Shown one piece after another: positions 60,505-64,000 of a DNA stretch of 64,000 nucleotides. Each line of letters starts with the position of its first letter. Position 1 is the stretch's first letter. The notes below the pieces were generated by a model that saw only the letters and a list, made by a program, of their open reading frames with translations, was not told the origin of the DNA and did not search any database. The stretch is from Chrysomallon squamiferum (Eukaryota; Animalia; Mollusca), in assembly GCA_012295275.1 (NCBI GenBank), contig CM022678.1, positions 3,596,001 through 3,660,000 on the forward strand. The letters run 5' to 3'. The translations under genes and the position numbers were made by a program.

Positions 60505-60871
60505 TTATAAGAACAAATAAACGAACAGCAGCAAAACAACAAAATAAAACGAGAAAGGTATCAGTATCAATTACAACAATAATCAGCCTTCTTTCGATAC
60601 AACTGACGCTGTCAGTCTGTGATCAAAATGTAAACTGACACTACCCATCTCTCGAATCTCATACCACGTGTGCTATTGAATATTTTAAAACCACTGTGGC
60701 TTATCGATCCGAAAGCCTTTCACCATTCAACAAAGCTGTCATTCTTTAAGTTATAATGCTGCACGAACTCAAGCACAAATCTTTCATGATAATTATACCA
60801 GTATTACCAGCAGACTGTATTACTATTGCGGATCAAAGATATTCAGCTAATCGATTTAAAAAAAAAGAAAC

Positions 60872-61019
60872 GAAAATCACGTTGTACATCGCCGTGACGT
60901 CGTTTTTGTTGTACTTTTTCATTCTGAGTTTGAAAATTTCTTTTGAAGTCGACCGCGTCAACAAGCGGTTGGAAATAGCAGATTATCGCCCTTTTGCAAC
61001 AGTTCATAGACGGCAGTGA
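60872..61019 (+). pseudogene. Deletion-collapsed fragment of the ZDHHC gene
   Basis: KITLYIAVTSFLLYFFILS..FEVDRVNKRLEIADYRPF..TVHRRQ* matches the C-terminus of 54027-55055. The start codon, DHHC domain and two internal segments are deleted. Confidence 0.9.
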
Positions 61020-61674
61020 AACTCTACTACTGGTACCAGGTACCATAACTGTTGCAACAATAACAACCGCAACAACAACAACAACAACAGCTACTACTAC
61101 TACTACTACTACAGTTACTACAACAACAACTACTGCTAATAATAGTATTATTGCTATTACTACTATCAGAAAGAAGAAAGCTGATAAGTTGTCTCCCTTC
61201 ATATCCTGACGACTTTCGTTTGGAACTGTTCGAGTGTCAAGTCCCCAGCCGTGATTCTCTTATTTTGTTAACTTTGTTTTAAAGCGAGAAGCTTCGTTTT
61301 TTAATAACCTTTCCATTTATTTATTTATTTTATATTATTTTATATTACATTTACATATACTCGGACCAGCTTATCCGCATTTTGGAAAACAAAAACAAAA
61401 AGTACAGCTCATTGAAGCATGCTACAATACTGCAGTCAGTATCACTGAATCGAATTTTCGTGTTCTTTCGTTTTCTATCTACTCTGGGGATTTCTGTGGA
61501 AAGAGGTAACTTGTTATGTGTAACAAATATGTGACAGTGAACGCTGATGAATGGTAAATACAAAACATTTAATGGTTGTGAATGGTGGTAAATACATCAA
61601 ACTTTCGTAATAATAAAGTAAACAATAATGAAGCAAATACATGGCTGCCATTTTCCTTTCTTTCATTTCGTGAT

Positions 61675-61754
<80 letters not shown>

Positions 61755-62513
61755 AGAAAAAAAAAAAAAAATAGAGAATGAAAAAGAGGAAACGGAAAGT
61801 GAAAAGAAAAATTTAGTTAAATTAGTATGTTCGCAAAAATATAGATACCATTTTAATAAGAAAGGGTAAATGATTAAAGTACTTTATTTTTTAAAGTTAT
61901 TTCTTTATACTAAAGGTGGTACGTGTTGTGATACGAATAAACTGTCAAGTAAAATGATTTAAACCACAAAGTCATTAGTTTATTATTTAACGCAATACAG
62001 TAATACTGTTATAAAATACGGCCATTTTACCACTTTACAATTGAAGTCTTGACATCATCTCATCGTGTATATGTATTTTTTTCTGAGGCTGGTAAAAAGT
62101 TTAGTGCACACTGTTGTGTCCAGCATACATTGACTTCACGATGACAGAAACACAAACACGTCAGGTTATTTTTAAACTGTAGTCTGTCTATTACACTTAG
62201 TTTTTAGATACAGTTTGGCAGAAAACATAATTTAGAAGAATGCAGAATATATTCAGACTGTGTTCATATCTCCACAGGTGCACTTTAAAAACTGATAAAC
62301 GTTAAAAACACAACAGTCAATTGGGATTATACAAACATATTTAAACTTTCCAGTGTTTGTTTATATCATGATGGAAGATGAAACGAATAAAATAATTAGT
62401 TAGAAGTATATCATCCCCACCACAAAAAAATCCCCAGCAACAACAAACACATGAATCGAATAAAACGTCCACGTTAATCTACACGTATCAGAAATGTTTA
62501 TCTGCTGTGGTAT

Positions 62514-63558
62514 CTAAGAAAATATCAGAGCAGGAATCTGAGATGTGAAATTAATTTCTTTGTCAAAAGTACGTAGCTCTGAATCGGAGAAATCGAAAAC
62601 AAAGTCATCAACAACAACATGCGTTATGTCTTCATCACCGCAGAATGTACGTTCACCTCTCATCCTGTAACAAATAGTGAACATTTTATTTGCTTCAATG
62701 GCGACGTCTTCTTTAAAATAAACAGAAAACATTTTGCTTTCATCCTTTTCTACTTCTACCTTTCTGGTGATTTTGGTTTGTTCAACACCGAGTTCGTTGA
62801 TCACTTTAGCTTCAACGTCATATGAAGATCTTTGTTTTTCTTTCGGCCCGTATAACATAAAACCGTGGAGTTTTATATTTCGGTTGCATTTGAAAGACAA
62901 CGCATCACTACCAAAACAAGCACCCCACGACCCACCATCTTCTGTCTTAAAACGATAAACACATTTGTGAGGACGGCATCTTCGCTTTGTAGAAAACTCT
63001 GCAGAGGTCTGATTAGGACAGATGACATATTTCAAAAGGGCAAGCTGCTCCTCTGACGTCAACAGCCCGCTGGGACAAACAGTGTTGACAATGAACTGCT
63101 GCGACATAACGGGCAGCCGTAAGTCTTTAGTAACTGAATCGAACATTTCTCGTTTTGCTTTACCAGTTATTTTTATGCCTCGCTTCCGACAATTGTATTC
63201 TGCCCATTTGTTAACAGCTACAAAGATGTCTTCCTCTTTGACGTCTAGCTCGTCTGACCGGACAATTTCTTGAAGGCTCTCACGAGAAAGAGATAAAAAT
63301 GATTCAGATTGGAAAACTTCCTTTGCGTTGTGGCTGATAAATGTTCTGGATCTTTCGGATAGTTCCTTTTCTTCAAAAAACTTCGACTGTTCAAAAATAA
63401 CGGAGACACTGTCCACCGTGATAGAACTTGCCAAAAATTCCAGACAACGAATTTCCAATCTCTCCAAGTTGTACTTCTTGGCAAGATAAATCAAAGTTAG
63501 AGCACTTTCTGGGTTGAGCGTCGCACTGTTTGTGTATAGATACCTGATAAATAAATAA

Positions 63559-63598
<40 letters not shown>

Positions 63599-63956
63599 GA
63601 TGACGATGACGATGATGATAGTAATAATAATAATAATAATTAAAAAAAAGGATAAAATTAAATAATAACCTTAAGAAAATGACGAAGGTATCGGAATCTA
63701 CATCAGGTATAACAATTTCGCCGATTTCAGCCATTGGTCCGCATAACATTTTCTCGAACACGTGACTTCGACTGATCATGATGAATTTGTGCGCTTGAAC
63801 CGGCCTCTGCTCTGGTCCTACACGAAATGTGACGTCACAAGCAATGCTCTTTTCAAACATGTGCAGATTGGTGTCTGCAAACCCTTCTGATGATTGCCAG
63901 TTGTTGGTATTCTCACCAATTGACTTTTTCTTTTTTTTGTAATGTAGCTTCCCAGA
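62514..63956 (-). CDS. BTB/POZ-BACK-PHR protein (BTBD2/3/6-like), copy 2; start uncertain
   Basis: Exons 63670-63956 and 62514-63543, highly similar to copy 1, ending QIPALIFS. The copy-1 ATG is ATT here (63918-63920). The frame is open to the acceptor at 63957, so the start is either upstream of the window or at Met 63860. Confidence 0.85.
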
Positions 63957-64000
63957 CTGAAATATATAGTAGTATATTGTCTACGTCTTTCTTTAAGAAA

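Overview
AT-rich, microsatellite-rich animal genomic DNA with GT-AG introns (invertebrate, plausibly a mollusc; taxon is inference). No prokaryotic features. Gene order: SRRT/Ars2 (-, 3' end off-window) head-to-head with SNRNP40 (+); TTC32 (-); two GC-rich paralogs of an unrecognised protein made of four ~120-aa Trp-rich repeats (-); PABPC1 (+); a signal-peptide two-Ig-domain gene (-); an intronless ZDHHC22/24-like palmitoyltransferase (+); and two BTB-BACK-PHR genes (-) in a ~7.6 kb tandem duplication that also left a collapsed ZDHHC pseudogene and an orphan copy of the Ig gene's first coding exon. Most notable: (1) one four-repeat paralog has an array of seven symmetric phase-1 micro-exons (30-87 nt) encoding a Cys/Pro-rich N-terminal arm that can be shuffled in frame; (2) PABPC1 introns host two paralogous C/D snoRNAs with an 18S-complementary guide plus a canonical-looking H/ACA RNA; (3) an SRRT exon is scrambled and frameshifted, probably an assembly artefact. 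All splice coordinates were read by eye and no searches were run.
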